A DNA stretch of 64,000 bases from a virus (lineage: Duplodnaviria > Caudoviricetes). The notes beneath the pieces are model-generated. The model did not search any database. It was given only the letters and a program-made list of their open reading frames with translations, and was not told the DNA's origin. Below are positions 21,719 through 32,821 of this stretch, one piece after another. The stretch lies in the IMG/VR virus record IMGVR_UViG_3300025678_000005, one strand, 5' to 3'. Position 1 is the stretch's first letter; the number at the start of each line of letters is the position of its first letter. The position numbers and the translations under genes are program-made.

Positions 21719-22528
21719 ATGGATAAAAAAGAACAACTTACTGCGTATATTTGGAAAGGCGCCAAATTAGTTGATGCAGATGGTAATATTGTACAAGAAT
21801 CTAAAAAATTAATAGATATGTCAGAAGATGAACTAAATATTTGTTATAGTCATTGCAAAACAATGCTATTCAATCAGGATCCACAAAATCCTGGAAGATA
21901 TTTAGTTTTAAAAATGATTGCAGAACAAAAAGATAAACTTGGTACAGAATTATTTTTAAGATATATAGAACAAAATTATAATTTTACCAGATTTACTTTA
22001 TTAACTTCAATAAATGAATTTTTAAACAATAATAAAGAACTTGCAAAAAGTTGTAAACTAACTATTGCAGAAGCAATTCCAAGTGCACCAACAGAATATC
22101 TAAAAATTCCTCTTTCTCTGATTATTGATGGTTGTTTAGATAGACTTGGTACTTTTGATAAGAGTAAAATAACACGTACTTTTATTTTAAAACAGGGTAT
22201 TTGGCTTACACCAACTGAAGCAAAAGAAATTTTTACTGATATTGATCCAAGTGTAAATAAGTTAGATGTATTAAGAGAAAGGTTAAATTTAAAAGAACAT
22301 GAAAGATTGTATCTAAATTCTAAAGGTTTAAATTACACACAAATGCGTGCAATGTTAACGTTAAGACCAAATAAGAAATATTCTGATTTAACTACTGTTC
22401 AATTAGAAACTTTAAGATACAGACTTTTATTTAATTTAGAGGAAGAAATTCAACAACATATAAATTCATGGGAGGAAAGAATGAAACAAATAGAAGAGAT
22501 TGCAGAATATAAAAACATTAAATTATAA
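21719..22528 (+). CDS. Hypothetical protein upstream of PolA
   Basis: 269 aa ORF. Confidence 0.75.
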   Translation: MDKKEQLTAYIWKGAKLVDADGNIVQESKKLIDMSEDELNICYSHCKTMLFNQDPQNPGRYLVLKMIAEQKDKLGTELFLRYIEQNYNFTRFTLLTSINEFLNNNKELAKSCKLTIAEAIPSAPTEYLKIPLSLIIDGCLDRLGTFDKSKITRTFILKQGIWLTPTEAKEIFTDIDPSVNKLDVLRERLNLKEHERLYLNSKGLNYTQMRAMLTLRPNKKYSDLTTVQLETLRYRLLFNLEEEIQQHINSWEERMKQIEEIAEYKNIKL

Positions 22529-22752
22529 GAAAATGAAATTTTTTGTGGATTATAAATGTACAGTTTGGCAAAGAGTTTTTTATGAGGCAGATGTAAATAG
22601 TAAAGAAGAATTAATTAAAAAATATGGTGAAAACATTATAAATACATTTAAAGATGGTGAGCCTACATCTGATTGTGAATTAATTGATTCTACAATATTA
22701 TTTGATACTGTAATGCCTATACTTCCAGAAGATAATCAGGGAAATCCAACTG

Positions 22753-24720
22753 TTGAGATATATGATATGGAAGGTAATTTACTTATGGATAATGTCAATA
22801 ATACATCTTATAAATAATAAAGGAACTTCCACAATCTCACTTGAAGAATCTATTAAAATTCTTGATAATCTTGATGAAATAAGTCTTGATACAGAAACTA
22901 CTGGTTTGGATCCACACACAAAAAAATTATTATTACTTCAATTAGGTAATTATGATGTACAATTATTGTATGATATAGAAAGTTTTAATTATAAAATTCC
23001 AGAACAATTAAAAAAATTTCTAAATACAACCAAATCGTTATTTATTATACAAAATGCTAAATTTGATTTAAAATTTTTATTCAAGCAAGGAGTGATTATT
23101 AAAAAAGTTTTTGATACTTTTTTAGCTGAAACAATTATAACTATTGGAGAAAAATTTTATGAAAAGAGCCTTAAAGCATTAGCGGAAAAATACTGCAATG
23201 TGACATTGGATAAGACTGTAAGAGGAAAAATTATAAAAGACGGTTTGACTGATGAAGTTTTACTTTATGGAGCGAATGATATTAAATATTTACAGCAAAT
23301 TAAAGAAAGACAAGTTCAAACAGCAAAAAAATTAAATTTAATCAATGCAATTAATTTGGATAATAATTTTGTTATAGTTTTAGCCTACGTTGAATTCTGT
23401 GGTATTAAATTAGATTATAATAAATGGCGAATTAAAGTTAATAATGATTTACAAATATTAAAAAATGCAGAAAGTAAATTAAATAGTTATGTTATAGAGA
23501 ATGGATATAAAGTATGTGCACAACACAATTTATTTTCTACAGAATTGGATGTTGAAATTAATTGGACTTCTCCACAACAAGTAACTAAAATATTTAATTT
23601 TTTTGGTATTAATACAACAGTTACAGAACATGGAGAGATTAAATATTCAATTTCTAAAAATGTGTTAGAATCACAAGCAAGAGATTTTGAATTAGTTAGA
23701 CTGTATCTAGAGTATAAAAAAGCTGAAACAAATGTAACAAAATTTGGTTATAAGTGGAAAGAATATATTAATCCTGTTACAGGAAGAATACATACTTCTT
23801 ATAAACAAATTTTAAATACTGGTAGAATTTCAAGTGGAGATAGAAACGATAATGCTCCAAATTTACAAAACTTAAGTTCTGATAATTTAACTAGAAGTTG
23901 TTTTATACCAGAAAATGGTAATCTACTAATAGATGCAGATTATCACGCACAGGAACAAATAATTCTAGCTAATTTTTCACAGGAGCCTAATTTACTTCGT
24001 TTTTATGAAAGAGGTTTTACTGATATTCATTCTTATGTTACATTTTTAATGTATCCAGAAGTGAGAAGGTGTAGTTTAGAGGATTTAACTCCAAAAGAGC
24101 TAGATTATATAAAAGAAACCTTTCCACAACTAAGAAAAAAAGCCAAATCCGCTGGATTTGCGATAAATTACGGCGGAAATGGCCTAACAATTGCAGCAAG
24201 ATGTAATATAAGTAAAGATGAGGGTGAATATGTATATATAACTTACTTTCATGCTTTTCCAAAATTAAAGGAATATTTTGATTATGTTACGTCTAAAACA
24301 TTAAATAGTGGATATATTACCTTCAATAATATTACTGGTAGAAAATTCTTTTTTAACATTAAAGAAAATCCTTATTATCAGTATAAAGAAACTCATAATG
24401 AAAAATTAAGAAGATCAGCAGATCAGATAAGGTCTCAAATAGCCAGATATTCACAGAATTATCCTATACAAGGTACTGCTGCGGATATTACAAAATTTGC
24501 TGGTATTTTACTATTTAAACAGATACTTGATCATAATCTATTTAATGTAGTAAAAATAATTAATTTGGTTCATGATGAAATATTAATTGAAGTTCCACAA
24601 GAAATGTCTGAAGAATGGAAAGAAATATTAATAAATTGTATGGAAAAAGCAGGTAATTTATTTTGCAAAATTTTTCCTTTACATGCAGAAGCATTAATTG
24701 GAAATTATTGGATACACTAA
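22753..24720 (+). CDS. polA: DNA polymerase family A with 3'-5' exonuclease
   Basis: DTETTG, NAKFD, TGRISS, DYHAQE, KSAGFAINYG, IQGTAAD, VHDE; true start probably near 22792. Confidence 0.95.
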   Translation: MRYMIWKVIYLWIMSIIHLINNKGTSTISLEESIKILDNLDEISLDTETTGLDPHTKKLLLLQLGNYDVQLLYDIESFNYKIPEQLKKFLNTTKSLFIIQNAKFDLKFLFKQGVIIKKVFDTFLAETIITIGEKFYEKSLKALAEKYCNVTLDKTVRGKIIKDGLTDEVLLYGANDIKYLQQIKERQVQTAKKLNLINAINLDNNFVIVLAYVEFCGIKLDYNKWRIKVNNDLQILKNAESKLNSYVIENGYKVCAQHNLFSTELDVEINWTSPQQVTKIFNFFGINTTVTEHGEIKYSISKNVLESQARDFELVRLYLEYKKAETNVTKFGYKWKEYINPVTGRIHTSYKQILNTGRISSGDRNDNAPNLQNLSSDNLTRSCFIPENGNLLIDADYHAQEQIILANFSQEPNLLRFYERGFTDIHSYVTFLMYPEVRRCSLEDLTPKELDYIKETFPQLRKKAKSAGFAINYGGNGLTIAARCNISKDEGEYVYITYFHAFPKLKEYFDYVTSKTLNSGYITFNNITGRKFFFNIKENPYYQYKETHNEKLRRSADQIRSQIARYSQNYPIQGTAADITKFAGILLFKQILDHNLFNVVKIINLVHDEILIEVPQEMSEEWKEILINCMEKAGNLFCKIFPLHAEALIGNYWIH

Positions 24721-25946
24721 TGAATAGAACAGAAAGACAAAATCTTGGAATACAGAAATGGATAAATGCTGGTTGCAGGGGAACTTTAGAGTGGACTACT
24801 GGAACTGGAAAAACTTATGCAGCCTTAACTGCAATAAAGAGTTTTCTCACTACAAATAAAAATAAAATAATAACTGTAATTGTTCCTACAGAAAATTTAA
24901 AAGTACAATGGTTGGATAAATTAACAAAATATAATTTATTTCAATATGTTAATGTAGAGATTATCAATTCAGCTATTAAAAGAAATGATAAAATAAATTT
25001 TATTATTTTAGATGAAGTTCATAAAATACCTACTAATACTGCAATAAGCATTTTTAAAAAAAGAAATCCAGATTTAATTTTAGGGCTTTCTGCTACGTTT
25101 AATAGGTTAGATGGAAGACATATATGGTTAAATGATTTATGTCCTGTTATAGATACTATTTCTGTAAAAGAAGCAGTTGAAAATAACTGGTTATCTACTT
25201 ATAGAGAATATAAAGTTTTAATTGAACCTGACGACATAGAAGTATTTAATGATTATAGTTTAAAATTTACAGAAGCTTTTTCTATTTTTAATTTTGATTT
25301 TAAGTTAGCAATGAATTGTGTTACAGATATTGTTGAAAGACGAAAATATGCTAAAATGCTAGGAATAACACAATCAGAAATGACTGCTATAACTTTTTTA
25401 TGGAAAAATATGTTACATGAAAGAAAAGCATATATAGCAAACCATCCTAAAAAATTAGAAATAGCCAGGAAGATTATACAAAATAGACCTACAAGTAAGA
25501 TAATAACTTTTTCTTCAACTATTAAACAGGCAGAATTGATTGGATATGGAATAACTGTTCACTCTAAAAAAACAAAACTACAAAATAGAATTCTGATTAA
25601 TGATTTTATAAGTAAACCAAGCGGTGTCATAAACACAGCAAAGTCACTTGATGAGGGAATAGATATTCCAGATTTAGATGTTGCAATTATATTATCTAAT
25701 ACTTCTTCAAAAACACAAAAAACTCAAAGAATTGGTAGAGTTATCCGTTATGAAGAAAACAAAGTAGCAGAAATATTTAATTTAATATTAAAAGGAACTA
25801 ATGAAGAAAATTGGTTTCAAAAATCTACTGTTAATCAAAAATTTATAGAAATTAATGAAAAAGAATTGGAAGATGTTTTACTTTATATTCCGACTTATAA
25901 AATTGAACAAGAAGGAAAAGACTTAGATTCATTATTTATTTATTAA
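24720..25946 (+). CDS. Superfamily 2 helicase
   Basis: TGTGKT, DEVH, SAT, QRIGRVIR. Confidence 0.9.
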   Translation: MNRTERQNLGIQKWINAGCRGTLEWTTGTGKTYAALTAIKSFLTTNKNKIITVIVPTENLKVQWLDKLTKYNLFQYVNVEIINSAIKRNDKINFIILDEVHKIPTNTAISIFKKRNPDLILGLSATFNRLDGRHIWLNDLCPVIDTISVKEAVENNWLSTYREYKVLIEPDDIEVFNDYSLKFTEAFSIFNFDFKLAMNCVTDIVERRKYAKMLGITQSEMTAITFLWKNMLHERKAYIANHPKKLEIARKIIQNRPTSKIITFSSTIKQAELIGYGITVHSKKTKLQNRILINDFISKPSGVINTAKSLDEGIDIPDLDVAIILSNTSSKTQKTQRIGRVIRYEENKVAEIFNLILKGTNEENWFQKSTVNQKFIEINEKELEDVLLYIPTYKIEQEGKDLDSLFIY

Positions 25947-26034
25947 AAATAGATAATATATTTATATCTATATTACCTCTTTATAAAAGACTATAAAAGT
26001 TTATAAGAGAGCTGGGTACAAAGTTTTTATATAT

Positions 26035-26649
26035 ATGATTAAAAATAATTTATCTTTTGAAGAAGAAATATCCATAATGATTCATTATGATATAAGTCCT
26101 AATGAGTTATTTATACTGAGATTGTTGATGTTGGCAAAAGATGGAGATACTTCATTAATAAAAAGATATATTACTAATGTACCTTCTGGAAAGAAAATAC
26201 TTATAGATTGTTTAGATACATTAAAAAACAAAAAAATAATATCCTCTTCATTTAATCTACCAGAAGATGGGGAAACATTAAGTTTAACAACAGTACCTAT
26301 TAATAAGAATTTTATTAAGACTTTTATAAGAGAGGCCAATCAAATAGGCAAAGAGTTTTTTGATGCATATCCTCCATTTATTTATATTAATGGAAAAATG
26401 ACGCCAATTAGAAACTTTGCAAAAGCAGGTTTATATACCTTTGATGAATTTTGTTTGTTTTATGCTAAGACTATAAAAGATTCTGCTGTTACACATGAAA
26501 GAATATTGGAAGATTTACAATTCGCTAAAGAAAATAATTTAATTTCTTTCTCAATATTAGAATTTTTAGCTTCTCATAAGTGGGAAGAAATTGAATATAT
26601 TAGAAATAGTGGAGAGATAAATGGATATAACAATACAGAATTAATCTAA
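26035..26649 (+). CDS. Hypothetical replication-region protein
   Basis: 204 aa ORF immediately upstream of the DnaB-like gene. Confidence 0.55.
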   Translation: MIKNNLSFEEEISIMIHYDISPNELFILRLLMLAKDGDTSLIKRYITNVPSGKKILIDCLDTLKNKKIISSSFNLPEDGETLSLTTVPINKNFIKTFIREANQIGKEFFDAYPPFIYINGKMTPIRNFAKAGLYTFDEFCLFYAKTIKDSAVTHERILEDLQFAKENNLISFSILEFLASHKWEEIEYIRNSGEINGYNNTELI

Positions 26650-27656
26650 TGGATTATATAAAAGATTTTATTGATAATGTCAATAATGGTAAGAAAGGAA
26701 AAAATGTTGGTATATCTACTGGATTAAATAAATTAGACAATTTAATTTATGGAATTCAAAAGAAATATTTATATTTAATTGGATCAGATTCTGGGGCGGG
26801 TAAAAGTTCTTTTGTAATTGATATTTTTCTTTATAATCTATTTAAAAATAATAAAAACAACAAAATAGAAATATTACTATATTCGTTTGAAATGGATGTA
26901 AATGTAATATTTGCAAAATTATCCTCTCTTTACATTTATGATACATATCATGTAGTTATTAATTATGGAGACATTTTATCTCTAAGTAGTCCAATTAATG
27001 ATTTGTATTATAGTTATGTATTAAACAGTGTTGAATGGATAAAAACAATAGTAAATCATATTACTATTTATGATAAACCACTTTCACCAACTGCTATATA
27101 TGGAACTTGTAAGGAATGGTTAAGTAAATTTGGTGAATTTATTAGACTTGGCGAGCATAAAGAAGATTATATAGAAAAAGATTCAGATATTTATAAAATA
27201 GTTATAATAGACCACCTAGGCTTAATTAGTGGGCCTGAATCAAAAAAACAAAAGATGGATACCGTTTCTGATTATTTTATTTACTTTAGAAATAAATGTA
27301 AAATAACTGGTGTATTTATACAACAATTAAATAGAAATTCAAAGTCTGTTGAACGAAAAACTAATGGATATGAACTTTTGGATAATGCAGATTTAAGTGA
27401 TTCTTCTGTTCCCGCACAGGCAGCAGAAACAATTCTTTTATTATATTATCCTTATAGAGAAAAAATACCTAGAGTAGAAGGGTATCCAATACAAAATGTT
27501 TTAAAACATAAGTTTAGATTATTACAATGCACTAAAAATAGATTTGGACAAGCAGATAAGAATATAGGATTGGTTTTTCATGGAGAGATAGGCCTCTTCA
27601 AAGAATTACCAAAACCAGAAGATATAAGTGATTATAGTAAATATATTATGTTATAA
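26649..27656 (+). CDS. DnaB-like replicative helicase
   Basis: SGAGKS, SFEM, IIDH, QLNR, KNRFG. Confidence 0.9.
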   Translation: MDYIKDFIDNVNNGKKGKNVGISTGLNKLDNLIYGIQKKYLYLIGSDSGAGKSSFVIDIFLYNLFKNNKNNKIEILLYSFEMDVNVIFAKLSSLYIYDTYHVVINYGDILSLSSPINDLYYSYVLNSVEWIKTIVNHITIYDKPLSPTAIYGTCKEWLSKFGEFIRLGEHKEDYIEKDSDIYKIVIIDHLGLISGPESKKQKMDTVSDYFIYFRNKCKITGVFIQQLNRNSKSVERKTNGYELLDNADLSDSSVPAQAAETILLLYYPYREKIPRVEGYPIQNVLKHKFRLLQCTKNRFGQADKNIGLVFHGEIGLFKELPKPEDISDYSKYIML

Positions 27657-27660
27657 AAAT

Positions 27661-28410
27661 ATGGAACTACCAAAAGTAAAAATACCAGCAGAACATAAAG
27701 ATCCTAAATATTTAATAATGTTTGGCTTGCCAAAAGTTGGTAAAACAACTATAGTAGCTCAATTACCAAAATGTCTAATAGTAGATTTAGAAAAAGGTTC
27801 TACTTATGTAGAGGCTTATAAAGTAAAAGCTTCTAATTATGTAGAATTGTTTGAAATAGCCAAAGCATTAAGAGCAAATCCAGGACAATATAATTTTGTA
27901 GCTCTTGATACAGTAACTGCTTTGGAAGATATAGCTTTACCATATGCAAATAAATTATATAGAAATACTCCTATGGGTGTAAATTTTGACCCAAAAGAAA
28001 ATATTTTAAAACTTCCAAATGGAGCTGGATATTTATATTTTAGACAGGCTATGGAAGAAATAATTGGTTGGTTTACTAATGCTGTACAGAATGTTATATT
28101 AATAGGACACGTTAAAGAAAAATCTTTAAATGAAAAAGGAACTGAAATGAATGTTATAGACCTAGATGTAACTGGAAAAATGGGAAGAATATTATCTTCT
28201 CTTTCAGATGCTATTTGTTATGTCTATAGAGATCCAGAAACAAATGAGTTATATGCTAATTTTGGGACAAGTGCTTCAGTCTTATCTGGTTCAAGATTAG
28301 ATAACCTTTCTGGTCAAACAATTCTTCTATCTAAAAAAGAAAAAGATGGTACAATTAAAACTTATTGGGAAAATATTTATCCATCTTTAAAAGATAACAA
28401 AAAGGAATAA
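27661..28410 (+). CDS. P-loop NTPase (AAA_24/Sak4-like)
   Basis: GLPKVGKT, DLEKG, LDTVT, LIGH. Confidence 0.8.
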   Translation: MELPKVKIPAEHKDPKYLIMFGLPKVGKTTIVAQLPKCLIVDLEKGSTYVEAYKVKASNYVELFEIAKALRANPGQYNFVALDTVTALEDIALPYANKLYRNTPMGVNFDPKENILKLPNGAGYLYFRQAMEEIIGWFTNAVQNVILIGHVKEKSLNEKGTEMNVIDLDVTGKMGRILSSLSDAICYVYRDPETNELYANFGTSASVLSGSRLDNLSGQTILLSKKEKDGTIKTYWENIYPSLKDNKKE

Positions 28411-28435
28411 TATTATTTATAAAAATTAAGATAAA

Positions 28436-28936
28436 ATGTTAAAATTAATAACAATTACAATGCAATTAGATACTTTAACACAAAAAATATCTAATGTAAG
28501 AACAACGATCAAAGATATAAATACAATTATAGAATCTGATCCTATTGCTATTTTAAATGAAAACACATTGGAATTCAATCAGGTCGCTTTAGAATTATTA
28601 GGTGCGGTTCCAGGAGACAGAATTGAAATAGCATGGGTCTATATTGAAAATAAATTCAAACCTGTTGTATTTAAGTCTGAAACACGAGGAAATTTATTAT
28701 CTAAAAATAATAGAATAATTTGTAAGGGAACAACTTCAAAGGATTTAGGTAAAATAGCAAATAAATTTTATATTGTTCCATTTGAAGATATGTTTCTTCT
28801 TGTTACTGAAGATGAATATAGTTTTCCAGAAAGTGATGATCTAAATGATTTAACTAAAATTGATTTGGAAAACTATAATATAAATAATTTAGATGATGAT
28901 AATTTTCAGATAAATATGCTAGACTCTAAAATTTAA
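28436..28936 (+). CDS. Hypothetical protein
   Basis: 166 aa ORF, acidic C-terminus. Confidence 0.65.
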   Translation: MLKLITITMQLDTLTQKISNVRTTIKDINTIIESDPIAILNENTLEFNQVALELLGAVPGDRIEIAWVYIENKFKPVVFKSETRGNLLSKNNRIICKGTTSKDLGKIANKFYIVPFEDMFLLVTEDEYSFPESDDLNDLTKIDLENYNINNLDDDNFQINMLDSKI

Positions 28937-28941
28937 AAAGT

Positions 28942-29658
28942 ATGAATTTTTCATTTGACATTACTGCAAAAGCATCACAAAATTTAACACAACAAAGATT
29001 GCCTGGAAATGCTGTACACAAAGTAACTTTTGTAAAATGTGAAGCAGTAGATATACCTGGGGTTAAACATCCTGGAGAAGTTTATAAAGTATTAAGATTT
29101 AGATTTGAAAATGAAAATGGTTATTTTGAACACACTGTTTTTGAACCGAAGGAGGGAGACGACCAAAGAAAAAGTATAACTGTTCGTGATAAAAATGGTA
29201 ATATGAATGAAATCGAACAGTCATCTAATATTGAAAATATAATGTTACTTTTTAAACATATTATTGATGCTATTAATCCAGAAGTTGCCGCTAAAATAGA
29301 TGCTGGAACTGCAAGTTTAAAAGCTTCAAATTGGGATGAGTTAAGAAATATAATGTGTAAGATTTTAAACCCAAAAGCAGGTACAGAAACAAATATTAAA
29401 TTATTAAAAAATAATAATGGAGATGCAGTTTTTCCAAGTTATTTTACGAGGGTTGTAAAAACTGAAAAATATCCTAATGGTTTAGCAGTTATTAGGAATA
29501 ATTTCATTGGAGATAAAATAGCTTTTACAGCTTATGAAATGGATCGTATTCAAAAACAAATAATAAAAGAAAAAGATACCGCTCCAAGTACTGTTTTTGA
29601 AGACACCCAAACAGATGATGCACCAGAATATTTATCTTTTGATGTAGATACATTATAA
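28942..29658 (+). CDS. Putative ssDNA-binding protein
   Basis: Position between Sak4-like NTPase and primase; acidic tail. Confidence 0.5.
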   Translation: MNFSFDITAKASQNLTQQRLPGNAVHKVTFVKCEAVDIPGVKHPGEVYKVLRFRFENENGYFEHTVFEPKEGDDQRKSITVRDKNGNMNEIEQSSNIENIMLLFKHIIDAINPEVAAKIDAGTASLKASNWDELRNIMCKILNPKAGTETNIKLLKNNNGDAVFPSYFTRVVKTEKYPNGLAVIRNNFIGDKIAFTAYEMDRIQKQIIKEKDTAPSTVFEDTQTDDAPEYLSFDVDTL

Positions 29659-29660
29659 TA

Positions 29661-30662
29661 ATGAATTTTGAATTGGTTGTTTTACCTAAATTAACCAGAG
29701 AACTTTTATTGGAAAATAACACCCAGGAGACATATTTTGAACACTACCTGGGTGTTCCAATAAAAAAGGGCTTATTTAGAAGCCCTGCAATGATAAGAAA
29801 AGATATTAATCCAACTTGTGCTTTTTATAAAGATAAAAAAGGAAGATTAATCTATAAAGATTTTGCTGGGCCTACATTTGATTTTGTTGGCTGTGTAATG
29901 TATTTATATGGTTGTAATTACTATAATGCTTTAAAAATTATTGCAAATGATTTTAATATAATAAATTACACTAATTTAGAAAAACATCAACCAAAAATTC
30001 AATACACTAATACTGTATTAGAAAAGACTACAAGAGCTAAAATTTTTGTTACTATAAAAGATTTTACTACCGAAGAACTCGATTGGTGGAAATCTTTTGG
30101 TATTTCTTTATCAACTTTAAAAAAATTTAAAGTTTTTTCAATAGATGAGGTTTATCTTAATGGTGTATTTATAATAAAATCTACTACAAAAAATCCAATT
30201 TTTGGTTATTATGGTGGTCAGACAAAAGAAAAAGATTATTTATGGCGTTTATATATGCCAAACAAAATAAAAAATAGATTTATAAGTAACTGGCCAGCAA
30301 GTATGATACAGGGTATAAAGCAATTACCTAAAAATGGTAATTATATTATTATTACTAAATCTCTAAAAGATGTTATGTCTTTATTTGAATTTGGAATTCC
30401 AGCTATAGCTCCTAATACAGAAAATATTTTTCTTACTGAAAAACAGTATGAAAAGTTAAAATTAAGATTTAACGATATATATCTATTATATGATCGAGAT
30501 CTTCCTGGTGTTAAAGCAGCACAGAAAATTAGAAAACAATTTAGTGATATAAAGGTATTATTAATGCCTGGATCGAAGGATTTTTCAGATTATGTAAAAA
30601 AATATGGCATTCTAAAAACTTTTAATTTAATAGAGTTATGGCAAAAAAGAACAAATCAATAA
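29661..30662 (+). CDS. DNA primase (TOPRIM)
   Basis: ITKSLKD, YDRD..G, KDFSD. Confidence 0.85.
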   Translation: MNFELVVLPKLTRELLLENNTQETYFEHYLGVPIKKGLFRSPAMIRKDINPTCAFYKDKKGRLIYKDFAGPTFDFVGCVMYLYGCNYYNALKIIANDFNIINYTNLEKHQPKIQYTNTVLEKTTRAKIFVTIKDFTTEELDWWKSFGISLSTLKKFKVFSIDEVYLNGVFIIKSTTKNPIFGYYGGQTKEKDYLWRLYMPNKIKNRFISNWPASMIQGIKQLPKNGNYIIITKSLKDVMSLFEFGIPAIAPNTENIFLTEKQYEKLKLRFNDIYLLYDRDLPGVKAAQKIRKQFSDIKVLLMPGSKDFSDYVKKYGILKTFNLIELWQKRTNQ

Positions 30663-31039
30663 GACAAAATATTGGAAAATACTCTAAAAGAAAGGGAAGT
30701 TCTTATGAGAGACAAATAGCAAAAGAATTAAGAGAATTAACTGGTAATGAAAATATAACGACTAGTAGGGCTTCTAATAAAAAATTAGATAGTATGAAAA
30801 TTGATATACATGATGAAGATAATATTCTTCCATGTTATATACAAACAAAAAAGACACAGTCAACGCCACAAATTAAAAAAATAAATACAGAAGTTGGTAA
30901 AATTGATAAACCTTTAGCAATCTTTTGGAATATACAAGAAAAAAAAGATGGTAATATAAATATTACATCTGCTGGCGAATATGTAATAATTTCAAAAGAT
31001 TTTTTTTATAAGATTCTAAAACAAGTAATGAAAAAATAA
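30638..31039 (+). CDS. PD-(D/E)XK nuclease, Holliday-junction-resolvase-like
   Basis: KGSSYER, ID, IQTK. Confidence 0.75.
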   Translation: MAKKNKSIRQNIGKYSKRKGSSYERQIAKELRELTGNENITTSRASNKKLDSMKIDIHDEDNILPCYIQTKKTQSTPQIKKINTEVGKIDKPLAIFWNIQEKKDGNINITSAGEYVIISKDFFYKILKQVMKK

Positions 31040-31040
31040 T

Positions 31041-31538
31041 ATGAGGCAATTAAGAATTGCATTGGATATAGATGATACATTGTCTAATTTTTCTGAAGAA
31101 TATGCTATATTTTGTAATGATCCGACATTAAAAAATATTACTAAAAATGTATATTATTTAAGGAATCATAAAAATTTTTGGGAAAATTTAAAAGTAATAC
31201 ATTATCCAGATTTTGTACCACACGTTTATTGTACCAGACGTATAAATTCAAAAAGATTTACAAAAAATTGGCTTTTAAAAAATAATCTTCCAGATAGACC
31301 AGTATATCAAATATATAGTCAAACTAAAAACAAAGCAGACGTCTTAAGGGGTAGATGCGATCTATTAATTGATGATGATTTTAATAATGTTTTACAGTGT
31401 ATAAATTCTAATTTCCCAGCATTATTGATACATAGTCAGAGAAATAAAGATATATGCACACCTTATAAGATTTATGAATTGAAATATAAAGAAATAGAGA
31501 AAAAGTACGATGAGTTATTTAGAAATCATTTTAGATAG
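31041..31538 (+). CDS. HAD-family 5'-nucleotidase-like protein
   Basis: DIDDTL, K, LIDD. Confidence 0.75.
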   Translation: MRQLRIALDIDDTLSNFSEEYAIFCNDPTLKNITKNVYYLRNHKNFWENLKVIHYPDFVPHVYCTRRINSKRFTKNWLLKNNLPDRPVYQIYSQTKNKADVLRGRCDLLIDDDFNNVLQCINSNFPALLIHSQRNKDICTPYKIYELKYKEIEKKYDELFRNHFR

Positions 31539-32466
31539 TATAAGATTTGAAAAAATATCTGATGAAGAATATTTTTCTGACAAATATAAGGATTATATTA
31601 GTAGCAGCCAATTAAAATTATTAGACCCAAGTAATGGAGGTTCTTTAGAAAAATTTCATTTAGGGTTACAACCTTTATCATCAGATTATATAGAATTGGG
31701 CAATGCAATACATTGTATGTTATTACAACCAGATTTTTATGAAATTTCTAATATAACTAAACCAGCTGGAAAACTTGGTAAATTTGCTGATAGAATGATA
31801 GAAATAAATGGAGTGACTGTGGATGACTATATTAGAGTTGCAAAAGAAATTGATTATTATTCTGGTAAATTAACAAAAAAACGCATTGAAAATATAGAAA
31901 ATGAATATTTCTTTTATTGGCAACAAAGACGTGATGAACAAAAATCAGAAAAATGCAAAATTTATCTATCTAATAGTAATTTAAACAAATATAATAATTG
32001 TATAAATAACATAGATAAAGAAATATTAAATTTACTTAATTCTGAAGAAAATTATAATGAATTTGCTATCTTTGCAGATGTTAAGATAGTTATAGATGAT
32101 AAAGAGGTAATTCTTAAATTAAAAGGAAAAATAGATAATTTAAGTATTGATGAAAAAAATGGTATAGCTACTCTAAATGATATAAAAACTACTAGTAATT
32201 CTATAGAATATTTTATGGAATCTTCTTTTAATAAATACAAATATTATAGACAGCTAAGTTTTTATTTATGGCTTTTATCTTCTTATTTTAAGAAGATTGG
32301 TAAAAGTTATATTTTTAATATCAATATTATAGCAATAGAAACAGTACCGAATTTTTCATCTAAAATAATAAAGGTTAATAAACACCAGATCGATAGAGGA
32401 ATAGATGAAATAAAAACTTTGTTATTAACTTTAGGAAATGAATACATTTCTAAACAAACAAATTAA
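31510..32466 (+). CDS. PD-(D/E)XK exonuclease (RecE/DUF3799-like)
   Basis: ISSSQLK, GNAIH, KGKID, DIKT, QLSFY. Confidence 0.8.
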   Translation: MSYLEIILDSIRFEKISDEEYFSDKYKDYISSSQLKLLDPSNGGSLEKFHLGLQPLSSDYIELGNAIHCMLLQPDFYEISNITKPAGKLGKFADRMIEINGVTVDDYIRVAKEIDYYSGKLTKKRIENIENEYFFYWQQRRDEQKSEKCKIYLSNSNLNKYNNCINNIDKEILNLLNSEENYNEFAIFADVKIVIDDKEVILKLKGKIDNLSIDEKNGIATLNDIKTTSNSIEYFMESSFNKYKYYRQLSFYLWLLSSYFKKIGKSYIFNINIIAIETVPNFSSKIIKVNKHQIDRGIDEIKTLLLTLGNEYISKQTN

Positions 32467-32821
32467 TGAAATTAATGAATTAAGCTATAATGAAAAGTAT
32501 ATAGTATATACTAAATTTTTTTCTTTGGGATGCTTTGCCTCTGAAGAATTAAATGATAAATTAGCGCTTATTTCATTATTAGCTTTAGTTACATATCAAG
32601 TTAAGAAAAAAAACACAGAAATTACTCCATTAAAAATATTAATGGATATAACTAAACAGAAACCAGATGATTCTGTGTACTATCAAATGCTCGAAGCACT
32701 TTCAATAATAACAGAAGATTTTATGTATGGATGTAGTAAATTTGATTCTTTTGGATTGAAAACATCAAGTGAGATAATACAAAAAATAAAAGAAATTTTA
32801 AGCACATGGACACCGTTTTAA
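32438..32821 (+). CDS. Hypothetical protein
   Basis: 127 aa ORF. Confidence 0.65.
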   Translation: MNTFLNKQINEINELSYNEKYIVYTKFFSLGCFASEELNDKLALISLLALVTYQVKKKNTEITPLKILMDITKQKPDDSVYYQMLEALSIITEDFMYGCSKFDSFGLKTSSEIIQKIKEILSTWTPF